44,141 bases of DNA. Source: Nitrosopumilaceae archaeon. Its GTDB lineage: Archaea > Thermoproteota > Nitrososphaeria > Nitrososphaerales > Nitrosopumilaceae. A program made the translations under genes and the position numbers. The notes beneath the pieces were generated by a model, which searched no databases, was not told the DNA's origin, and saw nothing but the letters and a program-made list of their open reading frames with translations. Below, piece by piece: positions 1-8,929 of this stretch; position 1 is the first letter of the stretch; each line of letters begins with the position of its first letter. The stretch spans positions 1-44,141 of the forward strand of contig JBQTHX010000028.1 of the NCBI GenBank assembly GCA_052389415.1, written 5' to 3'.

Positions 1-221
1 TTGTCCTCCATATTTTGGTCAATTTCAGAATCTACAAAATTCTTCAAATCACTTTGATTTATCAAAAATAAATTTTGTTTTGCTTTTTCACGTACAACAC
101 GTTTTATTATTACTTCTAATTCTTTCGAATCAATTTTTTCAAGAACCTTAAACGCATCAGGGTGGATCTGAAATCCCTTACTTAATGCATATTTTAACGC
201 TGAAGAGGCATTTTCATTCAT
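1..221 (-). CDS. polD1: DNA polymerase D small subunit (DP1), N-terminus; runs off the window edge
   Basis: Manual translation from ATG at 221: MNENASSALKYALSKGFQIHPDAFKVLEKIDSKELEVIIKRVVREK...; resembles thaumarchaeal DP1 N-termini as I recall them; catalytic domains not visible. Confidence 0.7.
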   Translation of the reverse strand, partial: MNENASSALKYALSKGFQIHPDAFKVLEKIDSKELEVIIKRVVREKAKQNLFLINQSDLKNFVDSEIDQNMED

Positions 222-298
222 CAAAGGATGATAAAAGAAGTTTTAATTAAATCTGCTTCAGGCCAACCCTCAAATACACTCACATTAGAATTAATTTA

Positions 299-850
299 TT
301 GACTAGAAAAAAAAGAGCAATAATTTTTCTTATCTTTTTAGGAATTTTTACTACTTCATTTACCATTGGTTCTGAAATGGAGGTTTCAAACGAAGAGGCA
401 ATGGCATTCATTGAGGAATTCCAAAAGGCAATTGAAGGAATAGACGCTATTGGAATTTTTCTACATAACTCTCAGATAGGTTTACCAATGTTTATCCCAG
501 GTTTTGGTGTCGCATGGGGGGTATTTGCTTCCTGGTCAACTGGATTTGCCTTTAGTGCACTCACTTTATCATATCCAGAACTAGAAAACATTCCAGCAAT
601 AACTATACTCTTTCTCACACCCTTTGGAATCATGGAAGTTGCAGCATATTCTTTGGGAATGTCAAGAAGCTTTCTCCTCATACATACAATCATCAAAAAA
701 TTCCCAATGAAACCACAATTACGACCAACCGTCATAGAGATAGGAATAGCTTTGGCACTCTTGCTTGCAGGCGGATTCATTGAACATGCAATGATCGAAC
801 AATTCAGCGGTAACATTGAACTTCCAAATCCAGAGGATGGAATTACCTAA
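299..850 (+). CDS. SpoIIM (DUF95)-like membrane protein
   Basis: IFLHN...MFIPGFG, PFGIMEVAAY and GGFIE motifs; several hydrophobic helices; TTG start. Confidence 0.75.
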   Translation: MTRKKRAIIFLIFLGIFTTSFTIGSEMEVSNEEAMAFIEEFQKAIEGIDAIGIFLHNSQIGLPMFIPGFGVAWGVFASWSTGFAFSALTLSYPELENIPAITILFLTPFGIMEVAAYSLGMSRSFLLIHTIIKKFPMKPQLRPTVIEIGIALALLLAGGFIEHAMIEQFSGNIELPNPEDGIT

Positions 851-906
851 CCTGTCTAAATTATTTAGACCATTAATTAAATACAACTTTAGATTTTAAT
901 AAAACA

Positions 907-1803
907 ATGAAGTTTCTATTTCTTTTTTTAATTTCAATTATAACAATTATTCTTTTGAATTCCTCCCAAGAAGCAGAAGCTAAACTCCTTCCAAATGGCA
1001 TTTACTTGTTGCAGGGAAATGGTTTTGTTATTTCAAAAGACATAATTGAAGTTTCAAAATTAGATCTCCAATTTTCTACAAATAAAATTGCTAATGATAA
1101 CATTAAGCTGAATTTAAAGGATGGAATAATTTCAATTTCGGATGACGATTATATCACTTCTAGCGGATGGACCGGAACCACACTATCTGATGGTAGATTT
1201 GTAAGATTGTCTGGTAGTATAGAAAGCTCCAACGGAATAAAAATTCCTGTTACTCTATTTGGAAGGTTAGTTGATGATAGTAGTGATGGAATTGTTTACA
1301 GTTTTACAGGAAGATTAAAAGTTCAAGATGATTCACTTAAACTCGTTTATATTGTAAAAATTATTGGTAGCCCCGTAGTACATATTGAAGAAGAGGATCA
1401 AACACAAGAAAAAACAATTCTGATCAACATTTTATCTGGCTCTTCAAATCCAGGTAACATAAGGTACTACTCTACAGACACTATTACAATTTCTCCTGGC
1501 ACTACAATTACATGGAAAAATGAGGACTCTGTGTCTCACACAATTTTAAGTGGCATTGCTAGTTTTTCGCCTGGAAAACCATTCAAACCAGATTACAAAA
1601 TTAACAGTGGTGAAATAGCACCAGGCCAAACATTCAACGCAACCATAAATGATGTTGGAATCACCAGATTCTTTGATTCCACTTATTCTTGGATGGATGG
1701 GGTGATTGTTACTCTTCCTAAAGAAAAGTCAACATCACTTGGTAAAAACACAGAAACGGCACTTGATATCAAAAACAAATATCTGAATAAAGAAGGAAAC
1801 TAG
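907..1803 (+). CDS. Secreted protein with C-terminal cupredoxin-like domain (type-1 Cu ligands degenerate)
   Basis: Signal peptide; TITISPGTTITWKNEDSVSHTILSG...SGEIAPGQTF...FFDSTYSWMDG plastocyanin-like pattern. Confidence 0.7.
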   Translation: MKFLFLFLISIITIILLNSSQEAEAKLLPNGIYLLQGNGFVISKDIIEVSKLDLQFSTNKIANDNIKLNLKDGIISISDDDYITSSGWTGTTLSDGRFVRLSGSIESSNGIKIPVTLFGRLVDDSSDGIVYSFTGRLKVQDDSLKLVYIVKIIGSPVVHIEEEDQTQEKTILINILSGSSNPGNIRYYSTDTITISPGTTITWKNEDSVSHTILSGIASFSPGKPFKPDYKINSGEIAPGQTFNATINDVGITRFFDSTYSWMDGVIVTLPKEKSTSLGKNTETALDIKNKYLNKEGN

Positions 1804-2507
1804 TTAGTCTCAAAATTAATGTATGATTTAGGTACATATTGATTGATTATCATTACGGAAAGATTGGAGAACTGTTTACCTTCTAAATCCTTCAGAGTTC
1901 CAATAAAGGATGTTTCTCTCTCAGTTGTTAAAAATTCAAAGACATGAACCTTGATTTTGGACGTGTCAAAACCATGTTCTTTTAGGTACAATGCTATCTC
2001 TGATTGCATGAAATGTTTAGCTGGATCTTTTGGCCATGGTCGGGGAACCAGAACTACACTATACCCATCCAAAAGTGCCTTCTGTAATTCCAGCTTTTCT
2101 TCCTCAATGCCCGAAGTTACATGCATTGTGATTACCCTACTCTTATCCAACGGGACACATGCCTTTGCAGCAGCTACCTGAATTGAGCTAATTCCAGGAA
2201 TAATCTGTACCCTCCCAAAGATTTGAAATAATCTATCAACAACTTCGGATTCCGAAAAATTAACGTCTCCAGTAAATGGAATTACACAAGTCTTGTCCCC
2301 CAAACTCTTTGCAACCTTTTGGTAGACTTCCTCCTGGTTTTGCATTGTTACTTCATGAACTTCTTTGTTTAACAAGAGTCTCTCTATTGTTTTTAGAGTG
2401 TATTTGTAACCTATCACAACTTCGGAATAAAGTATGACTTCTTTTACAGCATCAGTAATGTATCTTGGAGAGCCAGGACCTACTCCCACTGCGTAAACTT
2501 CACCCAT
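1800..2507 (-). CDS. cbiE: Cobalt-precorrin methyltransferase, CbiE-type
   Basis: VYAVGVGPGSP, TGDVNFS, IIPGISSIQVAAA tetrapyrrole methylase motifs; FEFLTTERE CbiE-like C-terminus. Confidence 0.8.
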   Translation of the reverse strand: MGEVYAVGVGPGSPRYITDAVKEVILYSEVVIGYKYTLKTIERLLLNKEVHEVTMQNQEEVYQKVAKSLGDKTCVIPFTGDVNFSESEVVDRLFQIFGRVQIIPGISSIQVAAAKACVPLDKSRVITMHVTSGIEEEKLELQKALLDGYSVVLVPRPWPKDPAKHFMQSEIALYLKEHGFDTSKIKVHVFEFLTTERETSFIGTLKDLEGKQFSNLSVMIINQYVPKSYINFETN

Positions 2508-2510
2508 TTC

Positions 2511-2996
2511 TTATGCTAACCTTTGTCTATTTTTAATATAGTCTACAAAAGGCTTCCAATCAACTTTTATGAATTTCACTGGATCCTTTGCAGGATACTT
2601 TACCCATCCGCTTACGATTGAAAACTGATATTTTTTTATTTTATTTTCTCCTTTAATTTCTAGATTCAAAACACTTGCCCAAGATTTTTCTTCAGAACTT
2701 ACATTTACAATTTGATCAAATGGAATCTCCATATTTTTTTTATTTTGTAAATCCAAAATCAATTCTTTTTCATTATATCCATCATGATGAAGCATGATAT
2801 TTTTTGATTCCAACAAATTACGAATCTGTCTTTCTACTGCGGCAACCCACCACTTCATTTTTGCTTCAGTCTTTGTTACAAAGATCAAGTGTTTCTGGGT
2901 TAAAAAAAGCATTCCTTCTACACCATGTTTGAAAAATTTCTTTTCCTCGCACCAGACAGATAAAATCTGAGTTTGGATTTGCTCATCCGTGTCCAT
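2511..2996 (-). CDS. Hypothetical protein, PH-domain-like
   Basis: GMLFLTQKHLIF...EIPFDQIVNV pattern typical of PH/GRAM folds; stop 3 nt before cbiE start. Confidence 0.55.
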   Translation of the reverse strand: MDTDEQIQTQILSVWCEEKKFFKHGVEGMLFLTQKHLIFVTKTEAKMKWWVAAVERQIRNLLESKNIMLHHDGYNEKELILDLQNKKNMEIPFDQIVNVSSEEKSWASVLNLEIKGENKIKKYQFSIVSGWVKYPAKDPVKFIKVDWKPFVDYIKNRQRLA

Positions 2997-3075
2997 AAAA
3001 CTGTATCAAATTCTGGTCGTTAAAAACTAATGTTTAATAGTTAGTTTTTATTAGCGATGCAAAGTTAACCCAATA

Positions 3076-4362
3076 TTGAATTTTAGGTTATTTACAATCG
3101 GTATTTTTCTATTGATTCTTGCAAGCTCAATTCCTCTAATCTTTGCAGATTCCAAAGTAGTTGTGATAGAAACCAAATTTGGAAACATGGTAATTGAATT
3201 TTTCCCAGACGATGCTCCAAAAACAGTTGCAAACTTTCAGAATCTTACTGAAAACGGATTTTATGATGGAACAAAATTTCACAGAATCATACCTAATTTC
3301 ATGATTCAGGGCGGAGATCCCTTGACTAAAGATAATGGCCTTATACAACAATGGGGCACAGGGGGTTCCAACAGTACAATCGTGGCAGAATTTAACAGCA
3401 TTAAACACCTCCGAGGAATTGTATCGATGGCAAGATCATTTGATCCCAATAGCGCAAGCTCCCAATTTTTCATAGTACATCAAAATTCTACCTATCTTGA
3501 CAAACAGTATACTGTTTTTGGTAGAATAATTACGCAAGAAAGTTACGATGTGCTTGATTCCATAGCAAATCTTGAAACAAACAAGAATGCCACCAGTGGA
3601 ATTCCAAGAGATGTACCAATTGATCTAGAATCTGCACAAATCAAAAGCGTAAAAATAAAAAATCTTTCGGAAATATCTAATGTTCTAAACCTTGGAGAAC
3701 CAGAGCGCATAGTATCATATTCTACATTTGATGATGGAGTTTACGCTAATACATTGTACGAATTTTCATTTAAAGCCCCGGAGGGATGGACATTGCAAGA
3801 ACCACAAAAATTACAACCAGGAACGCCAGATGTTGTTATAATAGGTCCAAAAACTGATGACTTTAACTCTGTTATTGCATTTTTAATAGAGTTTAAGAAC
3901 CAAACCTCACTTGCTCAATATGTAAAAGAATCAAGAAAGAATCTGCAAACATTAATTGATGCAGGGAGGCTAGAAATCCTCTCTGATAAGAATGATAAAA
4001 TCAAGGGATTTAATGCACAAGTTACCGAAGCCAAGGGAGGATTTACCGCCGGTGAAAAAATTTACATCATCAAATACAAGGAGCTAGTTTTAGAAGCCGA
4101 TAATAAATTCTACACTATAACGTACACAAACGAAGAGAAGGATTTTGATTCCGATCTTATTGCATTAAATAACGTTCTAGATTCATTAGAAATTACTTCA
4201 GAAGGAAAAACCGATGTCCCAATTAGTGATTTGGGTTCAGAAACTAAAGTTGATATGAATATCGCAATCGGTGTTGGTATTGGCATAGCTGTTGTAGTCG
4301 CTATTGTTGTAGTTTTTAAATTGAAGAAAAAATCTCCACAAAAACCAAAACAATCCAATTAA
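3076..4362 (+). CDS. Membrane-anchored cyclophilin-type PPIase with PsbP-like domain
   Basis: Signal peptide; FYDGTKFHRIIPNFMIQGGDP, SMAR, SQFFI, YTVFG; YEFSFKAPEGW PsbP-like start; C-terminal TM helix and basic tail. Confidence 0.85.
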   Translation: MNFRLFTIGIFLLILASSIPLIFADSKVVVIETKFGNMVIEFFPDDAPKTVANFQNLTENGFYDGTKFHRIIPNFMIQGGDPLTKDNGLIQQWGTGGSNSTIVAEFNSIKHLRGIVSMARSFDPNSASSQFFIVHQNSTYLDKQYTVFGRIITQESYDVLDSIANLETNKNATSGIPRDVPIDLESAQIKSVKIKNLSEISNVLNLGEPERIVSYSTFDDGVYANTLYEFSFKAPEGWTLQEPQKLQPGTPDVVIIGPKTDDFNSVIAFLIEFKNQTSLAQYVKESRKNLQTLIDAGRLEILSDKNDKIKGFNAQVTEAKGGFTAGEKIYIIKYKELVLEADNKFYTITYTNEEKDFDSDLIALNNVLDSLEITSEGKTDVPISDLGSETKVDMNIAIGVGIGIAVVVAIVVVFKLKKKSPQKPKQSN

Positions 4363-4442
4363 GGAGATACCCACTTGATCATAAATTTAATTTGACCTGG
4401 CAAATTTCTTGAGAAATATTAATTTAGGATCCAATTTCTATT

Positions 4443-4532
4443 CATTTCCAAAAATGGAAATGCTTGTTTCACTTTTGGTGACCGTTTCCAAATATGGGAG
4501 GGGGGATTTAAATAATTTCCATGCTTGGAAAT
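4443..4532. promoter_or_regulatory. Array of TTTCCA-N4-TGGAAA palindromic sites around a TATA box (TTTAAATA 4507-4514)
   Basis: CATTTCCA-AAAA-TGGAAATG (4443-4462), degenerate GTTTCA-CTTT-TGGTGA (4466-4481), TTTCCA-AATA-TGGGAG (4485-4500), ATTTCCA-TGCT-TGGAAAT (4515-4532). Confidence 0.65.
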
Positions 4533-4536
4533 ACAC

Positions 4537-5217
4537 ATGTATCTTCTTGAAAAAAAGCAAGACGAGTCTTTAGATATTCCTACAGAAGGTATTCTAAAGA
4601 TGGATATGCAAACAATTGATCTTGCTATTTTTGAAAGATTTCAATTCTCATTACTAGAATCTCACAAAAACCCTTACAAACTTGATGCTACTCTACGCAA
4701 AGTTTTTGGCCGAAGCAAAGTCTTGTTGGAGAGAACTGTACTTGAAAATGTTCTAGATTTGGCATTATCAAAAGATATGCACAAGGAATGGATCATAATC
4801 CAAACAAAACATCTTCTCTCTAGAATTCTAACTACATATGCTGACAAAGACAAGGATAAGATCTTGGCAATTTCAATTGATAAATCTCTTATCGTCGCTG
4901 AGATGATTGAACTCTCTGGAGTGTCTGAGAACAAGGCTTACATAAAAGTTGAGGAATTAATACGGGATGGTCTATTAGTAGAGTGTGATAGTGTGTTTAC
5001 CTCGGACGCTAGAGAAATAAAGAAATATGTTTCAGTTTTTAAAAATTTTAAATTTGGTTTAATAAAAAACAAAACTGCTGTTAAAGCTAGACTAAATAAA
5101 AAAGCCTTGAACACCAGCCAAATAGTTCTTCTAGTACGAGCCTTAAAGAATGAAATGGTCGATCAACAACAAAAAATTGAATTTAAACAACAACTTCAAT
5201 CTGAAACAATAAATTGA
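4537..5217 (+). CDS. Putative transcriptional regulator with C-terminal winged HTH
   Basis: DKILA...IVAEMIELSGVSENKAYIKVEELIRDGLL...KKYVSVF wHTH pattern; ATG 4537 preferred over TTG 4525 from TATA spacing. Confidence 0.65.
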   Translation: MYLLEKKQDESLDIPTEGILKMDMQTIDLAIFERFQFSLLESHKNPYKLDATLRKVFGRSKVLLERTVLENVLDLALSKDMHKEWIIIQTKHLLSRILTTYADKDKDKILAISIDKSLIVAEMIELSGVSENKAYIKVEELIRDGLLVECDSVFTSDAREIKKYVSVFKNFKFGLIKNKTAVKARLNKKALNTSQIVLLVRALKNEMVDQQQKIEFKQQLQSETIN

Positions 5218-5266
5218 TAGACCAGATTCTTTAGATAATAATTTTCTAGAAAATCAAAGAGTAAAA

Positions 5267-5285
5267 CATAGTTTCGAAAACTATG
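5267..5285. terminator. Inverted repeat between convergent genes
   Basis: CATAGTTT-CGA-AAACTATG perfect 8-bp arms; terminator role is a guess. Confidence 0.3.
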
Positions 5286-5330
5286 CTAGTCTGAATTTCT
5301 GTTGTTTATTCTAAGAAAGATGACTTATGA

Positions 5331-6383
5331 TTATCTGTTTATGATCTGAGATACTTTACTAAATTGATTCAAGTTTTGGCTTGGGTTATTAACGGGTAAT
5401 TGTATGATGAAAGTCGTTCCTTTACCAACCGTTGTTTTTACATCTATAGTTCCCTTGTGTTGCTCTATGATATTTTTACATGAAGGTAAACCAAGACCGG
5501 TTCCTTCCTGTTTGGTAGTAAATAATGGATCAAAAATTTGGGGCAAAACCTCATCTGGTATACCTGGCCCAGAGTCTTCTAGCTCAATTTTCACAAAATC
5601 ATGCCCTTCGACAATTTTTACATTTAAGATTCCTTTATCTTTCATTGCCTGTATGGCATTATGGAAAATATTCTCAAAAACAATCTCTAACTTGTCACTA
5701 TCGCAATTCAATGTAACATCATTATTTGGTAAATTTATCCTAATAGAGTCGGGAACGTCTATGTTTTTAATTACAGATCTTAAAATTCTTCGAATTGAGG
5801 TCTCTTCTATCTTGAGTGGCTTTGTTGCAACAAAATTCATTACACTTTCAATCTGATTTGACATTCTATTCATTGCAACATTAATTCTTTCTACATCTTT
5901 GTTAATTTCTGAATTTATTCCATACTTGTTTTGAATCAGGAAGAGGACCATTCGTATGATGTATAACGGATTTCTAAGATCATGAGCTAGTCTTGCAGCT
6001 AATTCTCCAATTGCCGATAATCTCTCGGTTTTCACAATCTGCTCTTGTTGTTTTTTCAACAAGGTGGTCATAATCTTTATTTCACTAGTCAATTCCTGTA
6101 ACTCATCAAATCCCTTTGAATTGCCGTTAATATCTAAATCTCCAGTACCAATTTTTTTTGCTAATTCACGAATTTGTTCAAGAGGTTTAAGTATTTTTTT
6201 CCTAAGTACGATATACGTCAAAGAAATCACAACTGCAGAAATGGAAATTCTGAATATCGCTATTTGTGATATTATACCGTTATCTGTGAAGCCTGGTGTC
6301 ATATTAGACAGTACCACGAGTTCCATTGCTGTTATGACAAATATTGATACAAGAGTTATCAAAATTCCAACATTAATTTTCAA
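5331..6383 (-). CDS. HAMP-domain sensor histidine kinase
   Basis: Two N-terminal TM helices, HAMP (KPLEQI...DELQEL), H-box LAHDLRNPL, N-box NAIQA, G1 DSGPGI, F-box, G2 GTGLGL. Confidence 0.93.
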   Translation of the reverse strand: MKINVGILITLVSIFVITAMELVVLSNMTPGFTDNGIISQIAIFRISISAVVISLTYIVLRKKILKPLEQIRELAKKIGTGDLDINGNSKGFDELQELTSEIKIMTTLLKKQQEQIVKTERLSAIGELAARLAHDLRNPLYIIRMVLFLIQNKYGINSEINKDVERINVAMNRMSNQIESVMNFVATKPLKIEETSIRRILRSVIKNIDVPDSIRINLPNNDVTLNCDSDKLEIVFENIFHNAIQAMKDKGILNVKIVEGHDFVKIELEDSGPGIPDEVLPQIFDPLFTTKQEGTGLGLPSCKNIIEQHKGTIDVKTTVGKGTTFIIQLPVNNPSQNLNQFSKVSQIINR

Positions 6384-6495
6384 TTGTACAACATCACACC
6401 AATGAGTTATAATCTAGTCCTTACCCTCAAAATAATTTGTCTGTATCATCTAGAACATACTGATTCTTTTTACTCAATTTATTCACTAAAAATCC

Positions 6496-6990
6496 ATGAA
6501 TGAGGAGTTCTATCCATTCAAAAATAAGGGGAGAGTATATGATGATCATAAAGACTACAAAAACATAAACTTCCTGAATTCTCTTACAGCAATAGTAGTG
6601 GATGATAGTTTAGACATTGTTGAGCTTTTCAGTACATGTTTAGAACTTAAGGGAATTAATGTCCTTGGTAAAGGCTATGATGGCAACGATGCCTTTGAAC
6701 TATTCAAGCAATTTAGACCTGACATAGTGTTTTTAGACATTATGATGCAAAAATATGACGGTTTTTATGCGTTAGAAAAAATTAGAGAAATTGATCCGCA
6801 TGCAAAAATATTAATGATAACAGCAGATCTGAGCAGTGAAACTGCGGCAAGATTAAAAGGGTTAGAATCCACTGCTGTCATGTACAAACCGTTTAACTTT
6901 GAAGAGTTATTGCGAACAGTAGACATGTTGATCGGTTCAAGTTTAATAAACAATATTGCATTCAAGGGTTCCACCTTTTCATTACGTTAA
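6496..6990 (+). CDS. Stand-alone response regulator receiver protein
   Basis: VVDD, phosphoacceptor FLDIMM, ITAD, KPF; no output domain. Confidence 0.9.
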   Translation: MNEEFYPFKNKGRVYDDHKDYKNINFLNSLTAIVVDDSLDIVELFSTCLELKGINVLGKGYDGNDAFELFKQFRPDIVFLDIMMQKYDGFYALEKIREIDPHAKILMITADLSSETAARLKGLESTAVMYKPFNFEELLRTVDMLIGSSLINNIAFKGSTFSLR

Positions 6991-7009
6991 AAAAATATTG
7001 CTATAATGG

Positions 7010-7031
7010 TTGGTTTTATGTGTAAAACCAA
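7010..7031. promoter_or_regulatory. Perfect inverted repeat (terminator hairpin or operator)
   Basis: TTGGTTTTA-TGTG-TAAAACCAA, 9-bp arms, 20 nt after the receiver gene stop. Confidence 0.4.
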
Positions 7032-7128
7032 AACTAACATTTTGAATGTAATATTTTGATAATCATAAATTGGTTTTAGATTCTTTCAATTCGTAATAGG
7101 AAATATTTTTCAAATCGGTCAGATAATG

Positions 7129-7144
7129 TTTCCAAAATCGGAAC
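7129..7144. promoter_or_regulatory. TTTCCA-N4-TGGAAA-type site upstream of zinc-ribbon microprotein
   Basis: TTTCCA-AAAT-CGGAAC, same spacing as the sites at 4443-4532. Confidence 0.45.
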
Positions 7145-7204
7145 AAGTAATTTTGTAATGTTACAGACCAGCTCTTATTCTTTCATAGTGAATTAATTGA
7201 AATT

Positions 7205-7372
7205 ATGAAAGTCGAAGAACTACTCATGAACCAACATTGCACAAATTGTAATGCAGAAATGGAAGAATTCAAGACGAACATAATAATTTCCAAAAGTATG
7301 TTTAGTCAAAAACACGCCCTAGCTAATGTTTGTCAGGAATGTGGAATTGTTGAGTTTTACATGGATGGATAA
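7205..7372 (+). CDS. 55-aa zinc-ribbon microprotein (not in ORF track)
   Basis: Manual translation MKVEELLMNQHCTNCNAEMEEFKTNIIISKSMFSQKHALANVCQECGIVEFYMDG; CxxC...CxxCG..EFY. Confidence 0.75.
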   Translation: MKVEELLMNQHCTNCNAEMEEFKTNIIISKSMFSQKHALANVCQECGIVEFYMDG

Positions 7373-7432
7373 ACCAAGAGTAAAAAAGCACACGCCCTTT
7401 ACCTTTTAGATGAAAAGGGCAGATTTCCCTTT

Positions 7433-8791
7433 TTACCATACGTCGTCGACCTCATCAAGCTCCTTATACTCCTTTGGTGCTTCACGGCGAACTACCTTCA
7501 GTCTAGCTATGTCTCTATCAAAAAAAAGATCCACAGTCCAGTCAAGCAAGATTCTGATTCTTTTGTCGAGTTTGGGAATTTTAGATAAATAGATACTTCG
7601 CCAAATCCACCACGCCAAGAATCCATGTAAATTAATTCCAAAAACTGTAGCAATTCCTGTTCTTTTTCCTATTATGGCCATCTGTCCTTTTGATAAATAA
7701 ACAAATTTCTTCTTCTCTCCTTTTTTTATTAGAGATCTCAAATTGTATGCAGCTACTCTAGCTTCCGCCTCTGCATTTTGTGCATTGGGTGGGTAAGGTT
7801 TCTGAGTTTGAGGATCTATAATATTAGAACAGTCTCCTATTGCAAAAACTCCGACAAAGTCAGGAACTTCTAAAAAATCATTTACGATTACTCCTCCCCG
7901 ACTTGTTTTAAAAACTGAATTTTTTATAGTGTCAACTGGTGTCACACCTGCAGTCCAGATCAGAGTTCTTGTTTGGATTGAACCAATCTTTGGTTCAATC
8001 ATCGGGTTTCTTTTTTGATCAACTATCTCTTCTATTATCACTTCTCTACCAGAGAAACTTGAAAGCTTTGTATTTAGCATGACTTCGACTCCACGACCTT
8101 TCAATTTTTTTAAAGCAAAACCTGCAAGGCTTTCATTAAATCCTGGCAATACAAAAGACAAGGCCTCCAAAATAATTACCCTAATGTCTTCTCTTTGTAT
8201 GTGAGGATAGTATTTTCTTGCATCCAATAAAAGATCCATGAGTTCACCAGCCGTCTCTATTCCTGCAAATCCTGCTCCCACAATTACAAAAGTAAGCAGA
8301 CTTTTCTTTAGGATAGGATCGCTCTCATTTTCTGCTTGTTCTAACATGTCGATGATTCTGTTTCGTAAAACTACTGCATCGTTTAGCGTCTTCATTGAAT
8401 ATGCTCGCTCTTCCATCTTTTCAATTCCAAAAAAGTTGGTCTGACTTCCTAAAGCTAATACAAGAAAATCATAGTGTAACGAAACTCCTCTCTTTTCATA
8501 TGTTCCTTCTAGTGTTACTATTTTTCCATACGGATCAATGTTTTTTATTTTACTTTCATAAAATACAGTTTTTACAAATAGAGTTCGAATTGGCATTATG
8601 ATGTGTCTTGTCTCGATCATTCCAGAAGCTACTTGTGGAAGCATTGGAGTAAAAAGGAAAAAATTATCTTCACTGACCAAAGTAATTTCAACGTCCAAAT
8701 CATTGGCAAAGTATGACTCTAACCTTCGTGCACACTCGATGCCTGCAAAGCCACCCCCTAGGATCAAAATGCGGGTCTTGTCTTGGGACAT
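7433..8791 (-). CDS. ndh: Type II NADH dehydrogenase-like FAD oxidoreductase
   Basis: ILGGGFAG, FTPMLPQVASG, IVGAGFAGIETAGE, WTAG, FAIGD. Confidence 0.88.
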   Translation of the reverse strand: MSQDKTRILILGGGFAGIECARRLESYFANDLDVEITLVSEDNFFLFTPMLPQVASGMIETRHIIMPIRTLFVKTVFYESKIKNIDPYGKIVTLEGTYEKRGVSLHYDFLVLALGSQTNFFGIEKMEERAYSMKTLNDAVVLRNRIIDMLEQAENESDPILKKSLLTFVIVGAGFAGIETAGELMDLLLDARKYYPHIQREDIRVIILEALSFVLPGFNESLAGFALKKLKGRGVEVMLNTKLSSFSGREVIIEEIVDQKRNPMIEPKIGSIQTRTLIWTAGVTPVDTIKNSVFKTSRGGVIVNDFLEVPDFVGVFAIGDCSNIIDPQTQKPYPPNAQNAEAEARVAAYNLRSLIKKGEKKKFVYLSKGQMAIIGKRTGIATVFGINLHGFLAWWIWRSIYLSKIPKLDKRIRILLDWTVDLFFDRDIARLKVVRREAPKEYKELDEVDDVW

Positions 8792-8929
8792 TTATCTTCA
8801 GACTGTGATTTACCGGTTATATCCTATCTGATAAAGAAATTAGGCCATTTTACTAAGATGTACTGCAAAATTCCAAATTTCTCCACTTTAAAGATAACAA
8901 TAAAATATCATAAAAAACTAGACCATCCC

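Noticed and set aside
4443-4506. TTCCA...TGGAA repeats with a G-run as replication-origin ORB elements
   Set aside because: Canonical ORBs have a much shorter spacer between TTCCA and GGAAA, no cdc6/orc1 gene is in the window, and the sites bracket a TATA box like operators
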